From assembly GCA_959596505.1 (NCBI GenBank), contig CAUFWM010000001.1, positions 11,113 through 75,112 on the forward strand: a stretch of 64,000 nucleotides of DNA, given 5' to 3'. This document shows, piece by piece, positions 49,937 to 58,933 of this stretch. The translations under genes and the position numbers were made by a program. Position 1 is the stretch's first letter. Each line of letters begins with the position of its first letter. The notes under the pieces were generated by a model. The model made no database searches. It saw only the letters and a program-made list of their open reading frames with translations, and was not told where the DNA came from. The stretch is from an uncultured Collinsella sp. Lineage in GTDB: Bacteria; Actinomycetota; Coriobacteriia; Coriobacteriales; Coriobacteriaceae.

Positions 49937-51082
49937 ATGAACAGGCTTTTCGACAAATCGATCGTGCTGGCGTGCTGTATTGCGGCCGCTATGGGTCTTG
50001 CTGTGGACGCTCGCCTGGTCGCGGCGTTTTGCCTTGGCGTTATTGCCACCTCGCTGGCCGAGGTCGCACAGGGGGAACGCACACGCCGTGTAAGCAAGGC
50101 CGCGAGTTACGCTTACATCATCGCGGCCGTCTTTGCGCCGCCGTTTGTGCCGTTTGCGCCTCTCGCCCTCTATGACATTGCGCGGCGCGTGCGCCGTGAA
50201 CACGTTTGGGTCGCGTTGGGCATTGGCGTCGCCTTTGTCTTTGCACTCGTCGCGGACCTACGCGCCGACGCGCTCACCGCCCGAACGCTTCTACTGACCG
50301 CCATCCTTTCAGTTGCCGCCACCTTGTTATCGCTACGTACCGCCCAGTTGGAGCGCGAGCAGCAGCGCATGCGCCGCATCCGCGACGAGCTGCAGGAACG
50401 AGCTCTCGCGCTCGAAGCGCGCAACCGCGATCTTGCCGACCGCCAGGACTACGAAGTCGAGCTCGCGACGCTCGCCGAACGCGCCCGCATCGCGCGCGAG
50501 ATCCACGATAACGTGGGCCACCAGCTCACGCGCGCCTCACTGCAAGCCGAAGCCTTGCGCGTAGTCCATGCCGACGAGCCCGGCGTCGCCGCCGATTTCG
50601 CCGACGTCAAACGCACGGTTGACGAGGCGCTCCAGCTTGTGCGCGCCAGCGTCCACGCGCTCAACGACAACGCCGTCGACCTTTCCGTGCAGCTCGAACA
50701 TATTGTTGAAGGCGCGCGCTCGGACGGCGGTCCGCAGATTGAGCTTGAAGTTATGGCCGAGCATGCACCCGCAAACGTCGCCAACTGCTTTGCGGCGGTC
50801 CTGCGCGAGGCGCTCTCCAACACCATGCGCCACGCTTGCGCCCATGCTGTCACTGTACGATGCATGGAGCATCCGTCGTTTTACCAGCTCATCGTTACCG
50901 ACGATGGCACGGGCGGGGTCCAAGCAAGCAGCCGCGGCGCCGCGGAGGGCATGGGGCTCGCCTCCATGCGCGAGCGCATCGAGGCGCTTGGCGGCACCTT
51001 CACCGCCGGCCCGCGTGCCAGCGCCGGCGGCTGGCGCGTGTTTGCCACCGTTCCCAAACAGCAAGGAGATGAGAGCCGATGA
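49937..51082 (+). CDS. Sensor histidine kinase (HisKA_3)
   Basis: ERARIAREIHDNVGH, EALSNTMRHA, DDG, GMGLASMRER. Confidence 0.93.
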   Translation: MNRLFDKSIVLACCIAAAMGLAVDARLVAAFCLGVIATSLAEVAQGERTRRVSKAASYAYIIAAVFAPPFVPFAPLALYDIARRVRREHVWVALGIGVAFVFALVADLRADALTARTLLLTAILSVAATLLSLRTAQLEREQQRMRRIRDELQERALALEARNRDLADRQDYEVELATLAERARIAREIHDNVGHQLTRASLQAEALRVVHADEPGVAADFADVKRTVDEALQLVRASVHALNDNAVDLSVQLEHIVEGARSDGGPQIELEVMAEHAPANVANCFAAVLREALSNTMRHACAHAVTVRCMEHPSFYQLIVTDDGTGGVQASSRGAAEGMGLASMRERIEALGGTFTAGPRASAGGWRVFATVPKQQGDESR

Positions 51083-51708
51083 GGCTCATCGTTGTCGACG
51101 ACGACCGCTTGGTGGTCGATTCGCTCAAGATTATCCTGAGCGCCCAGCCGCAGATCGAGGTAGTGGGCACCGGCGCCAACGGCAACGATGCGGTTTCGCT
51201 CTATGCCGAACACGCGCCCGATATCGCACTGCTCGACATCCAGATGCCGGGGCGCGACGGACTTTCGGCCGCACGCGAGATCCTTGAGCGCGACCCCGCG
51301 GCGCGCGTGGTGTTTCTGACGACGTTCTCGGATGACGAGTACATTGTGTCGGCGCTCAAGCTGGGCGCCCGCGGTTACCTGATCAAGACCGATGTCGCCG
51401 CCATTCCGCCAGCGCTGGCGCAGGTCATGGACGGCAAACGCGTGCTCGAGGGCAAGGCGATCGAGGACATCGATTTTGACGGAACGGGCGTCGAGGCGGG
51501 CACGACCCGCCGGCCCGCGGCCTTTGCCGGCCTGACCGACCGCGAGTTCGAAGTCGCCGAGCTCATCGCCCGTGGCCTCGACAACAAGGAGATTGCCGCC
51601 ACCGCCTATATGGGCGAAGGCACCGTGCGCAACCACATCAGCTCAATCCTTGCCAAAATGGGCCTGCGCAACCGCACGCAGATCGCCATCGCCTACCTGC
51701 GAGGGTAG
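51079..51708 (+). CDS. NarL/LuxR-family response regulator
   Basis: VDDD, LDIQMP, LTTF, LTDRE...NKEIA HTH. Confidence 0.95.
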   Translation: MRLIVVDDDRLVVDSLKIILSAQPQIEVVGTGANGNDAVSLYAEHAPDIALLDIQMPGRDGLSAAREILERDPAARVVFLTTFSDDEYIVSALKLGARGYLIKTDVAAIPPALAQVMDGKRVLEGKAIEDIDFDGTGVEAGTTRRPAAFAGLTDREFEVAELIARGLDNKEIAATAYMGEGTVRNHISSILAKMGLRNRTQIAIAYLRG

Positions 51709-51767
51709 TTGCCCAAAGACCGAGCCCCCGGCATAGCAAAATCGCTGCTACCGATTTAACGCCATTT

Positions 51768-51921
51768 CAAAACTATGCCGGATTACTACGATGAATCGCC
51801 AACCTTCAACCACAGCAAATTGCGCGCTTGCAAAACCGCAGGTAGAGCGCTTGCAATATTTAGAAAAATGCAGTCATGGTCGGGAATGTCGAATTCATCG
51901 TAGTAAACCGACATAGTTTTG
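51768..51921. repeat. 154-bp inverted-repeat cassette, copy 1
   Basis: CAAAACTATGCCGGATTAC arms; internal CAAAACCGCAGGTAGA on the + strand. Confidence 0.85.
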
Positions 51922-52027
51922 TTCGGGCGGCCCTGCACGAGCGCCTCCGCAAGCCTCGCGGGACCAAAATGATCCGTTTTCCTCCGTCCCCGAGAGATCA
52001 GGGGCTGGTACTGATATGGTGTCATTT

Positions 52028-52181
52028 CAAAACTATGCCGGATTACGGGGCAAAAGCCGGGGTTCTCATCCATACCTCCATTTTTTGAAAAACGGCAGGT
52101 TATCTACCTGCGGTTTTGTTTTTGCAATTTTCTGTATGGTCGGAGGTTCGCTATCCAGCCCCGTAATCCGGCATAGTTTTG
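52028..52181. repeat. 154-bp inverted-repeat cassette, copy 2 (interior inverted)
   Basis: Same arms and length as copy 1; internal CAAAACCGCAGGTAGA on the - strand. Confidence 0.85.
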
Positions 52182-52212
52182 TTCGTGGCGGCCCAACCGC
52201 GCGTTTAAGCGC

Positions 52213-52247
52213 AGGGCCGGCGGGGCATTTTTGCCCCGCCGGCCCCT
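52213..52247. terminator. GC-rich hairpin after echF (probable terminator)
   Basis: GGGCCGGCGGGGCA-TTTT-TGCCCCGCCGGCCC. Confidence 0.6.
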
Positions 52248-52256
52248 ATTCCAGCG

Positions 52257-52598
52257 CTACTCCGACTTAGTTTCTACCGTGGGAGTCTTGTTCGCCGCGA
52301 CTGGAGTGCGGGCGGTGTCCATAGTCAGGCAGTGCTTGGGGCAGCTCTCGATGCACTCGCCGCACACCACGCAGACATACGGGTCAATCGACCAGGTGCC
52401 GCCTTTGCGATCGACCGCAAGCGCGCCCGCCGGGCAACGGCGCGCGCACATGCCGCAGCAAATGCACACGTCCATGTCATTGACGATATGCCCGCGCAGG
52501 CGCTCGGGCGCCGTCAGCTTCTCCTGCGGATAGCACACCGTGACCGGCTGCTTGACCATAGAACCCAAGGCCGTCTTGGCAAATGTCAGTAAACTCAT
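52257..52598 (-). CDS. echF: Ech hydrogenase ferredoxin-like subunit (NuoI-like)
   Basis: Two CxxCxxCxxxCP motifs; YP...RG. Confidence 0.88.
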   Translation of the reverse strand: MSLLTFAKTALGSMVKQPVTVCYPQEKLTAPERLRGHIVNDMDVCICCGMCARRCPAGALAVDRKGGTWSIDPYVCVVCGECIESCPKHCLTMDTARTPVAANKTPTVETKSE

Positions 52599-52605
52599 GC
52601 CGCGC

Positions 52606-53694
52606 CTACCTTTCCGTGCAGCTAATGCAGGGGTCGATGGTCAGGATAATCATAGGAACGTTGGCAAGGAGCACGCCCTGCAGCGCATGTGTCAGACCCG
52701 CCAGGTTTTGCGACGTCGGCGTTCGCACGCGAAAACGGTCCAGATTCTTGGTGCCGTTACCGCGCACATAGTAGTACGCCTCGCCGCGCGGCTGCTCAAT
52801 CACAACCTCGCCGCGCGCGCCGTCGGCCGGCGTGAGCTTGGTGCGCCCGCCGATACCGTCGTGCGGGATCTTGCCCACAAGCTCCTTGATGATGTCCATG
52901 GCCTGCGTGACCTCGGCACAACGCACCTGGCAGCGGGCATAGCAGTCGCCGTCGGTAGCAACGATGGGCTCAAATGCTGCCAGGCCTGCATAGGCACCGT
53001 CGCCAAACATGCGCACGTCGTAATCCACGCCCGAGGCGCGACCGAACGGGCCGACCATCGACAGATTCAGCGCGTCCTTCTTGCTGATCACGCCCACGCC
53101 ATGCAGGCGCTCGCCGCAGCTATTGTCGTCCAAAAACGTATGCACCAGGGCCTCGTAGTCGGGACGCATGGCATCGAGCGTCTGGACAATACCCGCCAGC
53201 TCGGAGTCCTCAATGTCGTGCTTAAGGCCGCCGATCTCGTTGATCGACAGAATCACGCGACCACCGCACGTGCTCTCGAAGATCTTGAGAATCTGCTCGC
53301 GCAGCGTCCACGAACGATAGAACAGCGCCTCGAAGCCAAAGGCATCGGCGAGCAGGCCCAGCCACAGCAGATGCGAGTGGATGCGCGAAAGCTCGTGCAA
53401 AATGGTGCGGATATACTGCGCGCGGCCGGGCACCTCGATGTCGAGCATGCGCTCGCAGGCGCTGGCATAGCCATAGCTGTGGCCCACGGCGCAGATGCCG
53501 CAGATGCGCTCGGCGATGTAGCCAAACTGGTGCATGTCGCGCTTTTCGGTGAGCTTCTCGAGTCCGCGGTGCACAAAGCCGATCTGCGGAATTGCCTCGA
53601 TGACGCGGTCGTCCTCGATCACCAGGTCCAGATGAAGCGGCTCGGGCAGCACCGGGTGTTGCGGGCCAAACGGAATAACGGAGCGATGTGCCAT
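52606..53694 (-). CDS. echE: Ech-type [NiFe] hydrogenase large subunit
   Basis: FGPQHP, HRGLE, L1 motif ERICGIC, L2 motif DPCISCTER at the very C-terminus. Confidence 0.93.
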   Translation of the reverse strand: MAHRSVIPFGPQHPVLPEPLHLDLVIEDDRVIEAIPQIGFVHRGLEKLTEKRDMHQFGYIAERICGICAVGHSYGYASACERMLDIEVPGRAQYIRTILHELSRIHSHLLWLGLLADAFGFEALFYRSWTLREQILKIFESTCGGRVILSINEIGGLKHDIEDSELAGIVQTLDAMRPDYEALVHTFLDDNSCGERLHGVGVISKKDALNLSMVGPFGRASGVDYDVRMFGDGAYAGLAAFEPIVATDGDCYARCQVRCAEVTQAMDIIKELVGKIPHDGIGGRTKLTPADGARGEVVIEQPRGEAYYYVRGNGTKNLDRFRVRTPTSQNLAGLTHALQGVLLANVPMIILTIDPCISCTER

Positions 53695-53699
53695 GGACC

Positions 53700-54416
53700 T
53701 TACGCCTCCTTTTTCTGCTTGTCGCGGGCGGCCTTGGCAGCAAGCGCCGCGCGGACCTTGGCCGCTTTCTCGGGATCCATGGCGGCGAGCTTTGCCTCCA
53801 TCTCGGCAGCCTTGAGCGCGGCCTTGGCAGCGGCATCGTCATGCTGAGCATCGGAGCCGGTAGCCGCAGCGGGCTGGGCGGCAACAGCGTTCGCAGCATC
53901 GCCGGCACCCGCGGCGCCCTCCCCCGCAGCAGCAGCGGCAGCGGCCTTCTCGGCCGCAGCCTTGCGCGCCTTGGCCTCTGCGGCGGCACGGACCTTCATG
54001 GCCTTCTCGCGCGCGGCCTTCACCTCGGGTGTGATAACGCTCATGGGCTCGGCAGTCGAGACCTGGTAGAAAAAGCCCTTAAAGTCGATCTGCATATCGG
54101 TAATGGCAAGCCCAAACAGGTCGTGCGCCTCGTTCTCAAACGGGAATACCGCCGGATAATACGAGCTGATGGACGGAATCTCCTGGTACTGGTCGATGCC
54201 CTCGACCACCAGGTTCTCGATCGCATAGCTGCCATCCTGAGCGATCTGCTCCTGTGCAGCACGAACGTTGATAAACGTATAGACCAGGCGATACGATCCG
54301 TCGTCCACACAGCGCTCGGCGTGCATCTGCACAAAGCGCGCGCCGACGCCCTTGAGCGCCTGGACATGCGACAGGAGCTCGTCAATCCCGACGGTGGTAT
54401 AGATAGCCTTTTGCAT
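53700..54416 (-). CDS. echD: Ech hydrogenase subunit D (NuoC-like) with an Ala/Lys-rich tail
   Basis: PSISSYYPAVFPFENEAHDLFG. Confidence 0.85.
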   Translation of the reverse strand: MQKAIYTTVGIDELLSHVQALKGVGARFVQMHAERCVDDGSYRLVYTFINVRAAQEQIAQDGSYAIENLVVEGIDQYQEIPSISSYYPAVFPFENEAHDLFGLAITDMQIDFKGFFYQVSTAEPMSVITPEVKAAREKAMKVRAAAEAKARKAAAEKAAAAAAAGEGAAGAGDAANAVAAQPAAATGSDAQHDDAAAKAALKAAEMEAKLAAMDPEKAAKVRAALAAKAARDKQKKEA

Positions 54417-55033
54417 TACTCGGCCTCCTTTGCAGCGGCGGGCGTCTCAGCAGATGCGTCGCCAGCGACGGGCGCGGCGGGCTTCCCGGCAGGCGCGTCA
54501 CCGGCACCATCAGTCCCGGCCCCCGCAGCCACAAACCCGTCCTCGCCCAGCTCAACGCCACCGTCCCAGGTAGCGGCGCCGCCCACGGTAAGCGGGTCAC
54601 CGCCGGCGCGCATCACGGCCTCCTTCTGGTCCAGGATGCCGCACGCCTCCACGATGGCATCGATCACCGTCTCGGGGCGAATGGCGCACCCGGGCGCGTA
54701 CACGTCCACGGGAATCGCGCGGTCCACGCCGCCGATCACGTTGTAAGCATCGCGGAACACGCCGCCCGAACACGCGCAGATACCGCAGGCCACCACACAC
54801 TTGGGCTCGAGCATCTGGTTGTAAATCTGGCGCACGACGGGCAGATTCTGAGCATTGACCGAACCCGTCACCAAAAAGATGTCCGCATGCTTGGGGTTGC
54901 CGGTATTGACCACGCCAAAGCGCTCCGCATCGAACAGCGGCGTGAGCGAGGCCAGCACCTCGATATCGCATCCGTTGCAGCTCGAACCGTCGTAATGAAT
55001 AACCCACGGCGAGCGCGACATTTTATGATCCAT
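54416..55033 (-). CDS. echC: Ech hydrogenase small subunit (NuoB-like)
   Basis: SPW...SSCNGCDIE, NPKHAD, GICACSGGVF, PGCAIRPE. Confidence 0.92.
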   Translation of the reverse strand: MDHKMSRSPWVIHYDGSSCNGCDIEVLASLTPLFDAERFGVVNTGNPKHADIFLVTGSVNAQNLPVVRQIYNQMLEPKCVVACGICACSGGVFRDAYNVIGGVDRAIPVDVYAPGCAIRPETVIDAIVEACGILDQKEAVMRAGGDPLTVGGAATWDGGVELGEDGFVAAGAGTDGAGDAPAGKPAAPVAGDASAETPAAAKEAE

Positions 55034-55045
55034 GGATGCTGCCTC

Positions 55046-57928
55046 CTAAATAAACACGTCGACGAGGATGGGCATAAGGTTGAGCAGGCCAAACACCAGC
55101 GCCACGCCCCAGCCGAGCTTAAAGCAGCTGCGCCAGGTGCTGCGGGCAAAGGTGTTGTCGATCAGTACCTCGACAAAATACGTCGCGACCATCACGACCA
55201 GGGCGACCACCCAGCTCACCGGGTTGTCCCAGACAAAGAACATGCCCACCCACATCAAAAACAGCACGGTCTCGCACCAGTGCATAAGGGTCATCTTGGC
55301 CAGCGTGCCGCCGCTCATCTCGGTGGCGACGCCCTGGACAATCTCCTGATGCGCGTGATGCGAGTACGAAAGGTCGAACGGCGACTTGCGTAGCTTGATG
55401 GTAAGCACCGCGAGCAGCGCAAGGAAAATGGGCGCGCTGTACACGATGATGGGGGCCGACTGCCCCGTCACGGCAATGGAATCGAAGCTGTCGGTGGCAA
55501 GGTACAGGCCCACGCTCATCAGCAGAACGGCGGGCTCGTAGCTCATAACCTGCAGCAGCTCGCGATCGGCGCCGACCTGCGCAAACGGGCTTTGCGTCGA
55601 GGCGGACGCCAGCACCACAAAGATCGCGGCGAGCGTCACCATAAAAGCGCACAGCAGCGTGTTGGAACCCGACACAAAGATGCCGCCGCCTACCACGGTA
55701 AAGATGAGCGCACATGCCATATAGGTATCGTCCATGGTGTTTACGCTGGCAGGGGCCTTGCGCAGCAGCTTGGCAACGTCGTAGAAGGGCTGCAGCAGAC
55801 GCGGGCCCACGCGGCCCTGCATGCGGGCCGAAAGTTTGCGGTCGATACCGTCGATCAGGCCGCCCACAAGCGGCGCTAGCAGGGCAAACGCCACGGTACC
55901 AATAAAGATGCCCACGACACCCGAGCCTTCGAAATACTTGCCGCGCAACACCGAGGGCGCGCTCATGGCAAGTCTCTCGGGCCCAATCCACGCGCAACAC
56001 AGCAGCGCAAACAAGATAATGCTGCAGCACACGACGCTACCCGCGGGACCAATACGCTTCTCGCCAAGGGCATCCACCGAGTACCAATTGCGCTTTTCGG
56101 CCTTCACCTCGCGTCCCATCGAGCCGCGGAAATGGCGGTAATTGTCGGTTCCCACACCCGAAAGATATACGTTTACGTGCGGTTTGTTGCTCACGCGGAA
56201 TGAAGTCAGCAGCACCACGGCGATAAAAGCCACGATAACCACCATCAGATACATGGCATCCTTGCCAATAACGTACGGCACGCGGCCAAACACCATGGCC
56301 AAGTAAGGCGACACCAGACCGCTCGAGATAACCGGGAACGCCACGCAGCACAGAATCAGCAGCGCGGCGATGGTGTTGAGGGCCATCCATTCGGTCTTAT
56401 GGACATTGACCTCAACGTTTTGAGCCGTGGGGTCGACGCCCGAAAGCTTGGCAAGCCACTTGCCCCAGAAGAAGAACGTCGCGGCCGAGCCAAAGGCAAG
56501 CACCATGATCATGAGCACGTTGCCGGTCTGGGCAAACGCCACCAGGGCGCCCCACTTGGACACGAGCATGCCAAACGGGGCCACGAACATGCCCATAATG
56601 CCCAGCATCATCAGGCGCGTCAGGTGCGGCATGCGGCTGAACATACCGTCCATGTCCTCGATATTGCGGCTGCCGATATGATGCTCGGCCGTGCCCACGC
56701 ACAGGAACAGCAGCGACTTGGCCACCGTGTGAAACAGGATTAGGAAGATGGCCGCCCATACGGCCTCGGGCGCGCCGACACCCAAGCAGGCACTGATGAG
56801 GCCCAAGTTGGAAATGGTGGAGTACGCGAGCACGCGTTTGGCGTTGCTCTGCGAGATGGCCATGAGTGCAGCGAGCAAAAACGTGATGGCACCCACACTC
56901 GTGACCATAAAGCCGGTCACGGGGTAGATGGCATAGAGCGGGCTGAGCTTGACCATCAAAAACACGCCGGCTTTGACCATGGTGGACGAGTGCAGCAGGG
57001 CGCTCGTGGGAGTGGGGGCAACCATAGCGCCGAGCAGCCAGGTGTGGAACGGCATCTGCGCGGCCTTGGTAAGTGCGGCAAGCGATAGCAGGACGACCGG
57101 CATCACCAGTAGCGCGGACTGCGCGGTGCCGGCGCCGGAAAGCTCGATCATGCCCGAAATGGTCAGCGGCATGCCGTTGACGTGCAGAAACATAAGGCCC
57201 GCCAAAAACGCGATACCGCCCAGCATGTTGAGGATGATCTGGGTGAAGGCGTTCTTGATGGCCTCGGGCGTGCGCGTGTAGCCAATCATAAGGAACGAGC
57301 ACACGGTGGTGATTTCCCAACCGCAGAACAGCCACTCCAGGTTGTCGCTTATCACGATGACGAACATGGCCGAGAGGAACAGGAACATAAGCGCCAGGAA
57401 CTGCGGGCGTCGGTCGGGCGCGGTCTGCCCGCGCAGCGCGGCCTCATGCTCGTCATGGGCCTGGAAATCCTTCATGTAGCCCAGGGCATACACGCAGATT
57501 AGGCTGCCAACGATGCCGACGGCGAGGACCATGATCACGCTCATGTAGTCCAGGTAGAGCGGCGTCGCCGTGACGGCTTCGGCCGCGGGCAGCGTCATGG
57601 CTGCAAAGACAACGGAGCCCACCAGCTGAACTATGCCGAGCACCGTGGTGAGCGCGTTCCTATATTTGTACGCGTTGTACAGGATGACGGCGCACAGGAT
57701 GACGTCGATGGCGGAGCTGCTGATCGAGAGCACATGCGAGGTGCCGGGGGTGACCTCAAAGCTCTGCGGGCCCGTGCCAAAAAACATGACGGCGACTACA
57801 ACTGTCACCGCCATAATAATGCCGGAACCTATGAGCCCCACCGCATCGCGGGCTCGGTCACCGCGCGCGAGCAGCATGCCCAGCGCCGGTACCAGCGGAA
57901 ACAGGGTAAGGAAATACAGTAGCGTCAT
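55046..57928 (-). CDS. echAB: Fused Ech membrane subunits A (NuoL/antiporter-like) and B (NuoH-like)
   Basis: WEITT, KAAQMPFHTWL, AMVAPTPTSALLHSSTMVKAG, then in the same frame DRKLSARMQGRVGP, QPFYDVAKL, PFD. Confidence 0.9.
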   Translation of the reverse strand: MTLLYFLTLFPLVPALGMLLARGDRARDAVGLIGSGIIMAVTVVVAVMFFGTGPQSFEVTPGTSHVLSISSSAIDVILCAVILYNAYKYRNALTTVLGIVQLVGSVVFAAMTLPAAEAVTATPLYLDYMSVIMVLAVGIVGSLICVYALGYMKDFQAHDEHEAALRGQTAPDRRPQFLALMFLFLSAMFVIVISDNLEWLFCGWEITTVCSFLMIGYTRTPEAIKNAFTQIILNMLGGIAFLAGLMFLHVNGMPLTISGMIELSGAGTAQSALLVMPVVLLSLAALTKAAQMPFHTWLLGAMVAPTPTSALLHSSTMVKAGVFLMVKLSPLYAIYPVTGFMVTSVGAITFLLAALMAISQSNAKRVLAYSTISNLGLISACLGVGAPEAVWAAIFLILFHTVAKSLLFLCVGTAEHHIGSRNIEDMDGMFSRMPHLTRLMMLGIMGMFVAPFGMLVSKWGALVAFAQTGNVLMIMVLAFGSAATFFFWGKWLAKLSGVDPTAQNVEVNVHKTEWMALNTIAALLILCCVAFPVISSGLVSPYLAMVFGRVPYVIGKDAMYLMVVIVAFIAVVLLTSFRVSNKPHVNVYLSGVGTDNYRHFRGSMGREVKAEKRNWYSVDALGEKRIGPAGSVVCCSIILFALLCCAWIGPERLAMSAPSVLRGKYFEGSGVVGIFIGTVAFALLAPLVGGLIDGIDRKLSARMQGRVGPRLLQPFYDVAKLLRKAPASVNTMDDTYMACALIFTVVGGGIFVSGSNTLLCAFMVTLAAIFVVLASASTQSPFAQVGADRELLQVMSYEPAVLLMSVGLYLATDSFDSIAVTGQSAPIIVYSAPIFLALLAVLTIKLRKSPFDLSYSHHAHQEIVQGVATEMSGGTLAKMTLMHWCETVLFLMWVGMFFVWDNPVSWVVALVVMVATYFVEVLIDNTFARSTWRSCFKLGWGVALVFGLLNLMPILVDVFI

Positions 57929-58070
57929 ACCATCACTCCCCCATGCAAAAACGCTGCAATTGTTTAACGTTATAGCTCAATAGAGGAGTAGCGGCTGCGG
58001 GTTTTCGGTCAACTGGGGAGTTTTAGGCGTACAGGGCAAGGGCGCGTCCGCTTTGGAGCAGTGAAGCGGC

Positions 58071-58096
58071 AAGAAAAATGCGCCCCTGTGGGCGCA
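58071..58096 (-). terminator. Terminator after the HTH gene
   Basis: TGCGCCCACAGGGGCGCA followed by TTTTTCTT on the minus strand. Confidence 0.65.
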
Positions 58097-58108
58097 CCAT
58101 CCCGTTCG

Positions 58109-58513
58109 CTATTCCGCCTTTTTAGCGCGCGGCTTGCGACCGCGCGGCTTATCGACCAGCGCAGATTCACCGCTCTCGCGATACTGGCGGCACCAGGCCT
58201 TAACCGAAGACTCGCTGGGAATCTTGTACTTGATCATGGCCTCGCGAACCGTCAGACCGTTTTCCAGACGGTCCTTAACCACGGCGAGCTTTACGTCGTA
58301 CGAATAGGTGTGATGACGAGCGCCCGCATTGAGCACGGCGTTGGCACCACCCACGGCATATGCGCGGGCCCACTGACGAGCCGTGGCCTGGGGAATGCCA
58401 AGCTTTGCGGCGAGGGCGCGGTGACCGACCCCCTCTTGGAGGATCTCGACGGCGCGCTGCCTAACCTCGGGCGCATGCGTGCGGGTCCTAGTTGCTTCCG
58501 ACATACCTGCCAC
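58109..58513 (-). CDS. Double-HTH protein resembling IS3/IS150 OrfA, with no OrfB
   Basis: Two HTH repeats (QWARAYAVGG; YSYDVKLAVV...AWCRQYRESG...PRGRK). Confidence 0.75.
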   Translation of the reverse strand: MAGMSEATRTRTHAPEVRQRAVEILQEGVGHRALAAKLGIPQATARQWARAYAVGGANAVLNAGARHHTYSYDVKLAVVKDRLENGLTVREAMIKYKIPSESSVKAWCRQYRESGESALVDKPRGRKPRAKKAE

Positions 58514-58780
58514 TTCTTAGCCTTAACCGTTAATCTGCTTTCTTACGTGCTTGTTAGATAGTAGCATTTTGCTGTTCCCGCGTAACAGTTAATTGAAAAT
58601 CGTAACAGCGGCATCTTGGTATTTGCCATTACTTTGCAACAGTTCTTTAGGCTTTATTTACGCAGCTAGTTGGCTCGCGGCTCATTGACGGTGTTTTACC
58701 AACCAGATGGGTATCTTTTTGTTTGGCTTGGTCTGGTTTGTGTAATTATTAACCCCTCGTCAGTCCGCACCTACATGTCA

Positions 58781-58870
58781 ACTTTCCACTTACTTTCCAG
58801 CTTTCCACCTAGCTTTCCACTTAACTTACCACCTAAGGTGGAAAGCTGGAAAGCTAGGTGGGAAGCTAGG
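58781..58870. repeat. CTTTCCA tandem repeats followed by their inverted copies
   Basis: About five CTTTCCA/CTTACCA units, then three TGGAAAG/TGGGAAG units. Confidence 0.75.
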
Positions 58871-58890
58871 CAGCAGCAGGCCTGGAGAAC

Positions 58891-58926
58891 AAGAAAAGGG
58901 GCGGCAACCGGGTGGTTGCCGCCCCT
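58891..58926 (-). terminator. Terminator after the giant protein gene
   Basis: AGGGGCGGCAACC-ACCC-GGTTGCCGCCCCT followed by a T-run on the minus strand. Confidence 0.8.
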
Positions 58927-58933
58927 CACGTGG

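Noticed and set aside
52257..57928. NADH dehydrogenase (nuo) or formate hydrogenlyase annotation
   Set aside because: The large subunit keeps both Ni-binding CxxC motifs, the gene set matches Ech, and no formate dehydrogenase or NuoEFG genes are present.
58109..58513. Intact IS3-family insertion sequence
   Set aside because: No OrfB/DDE domain, terminal repeats or target duplication seen.
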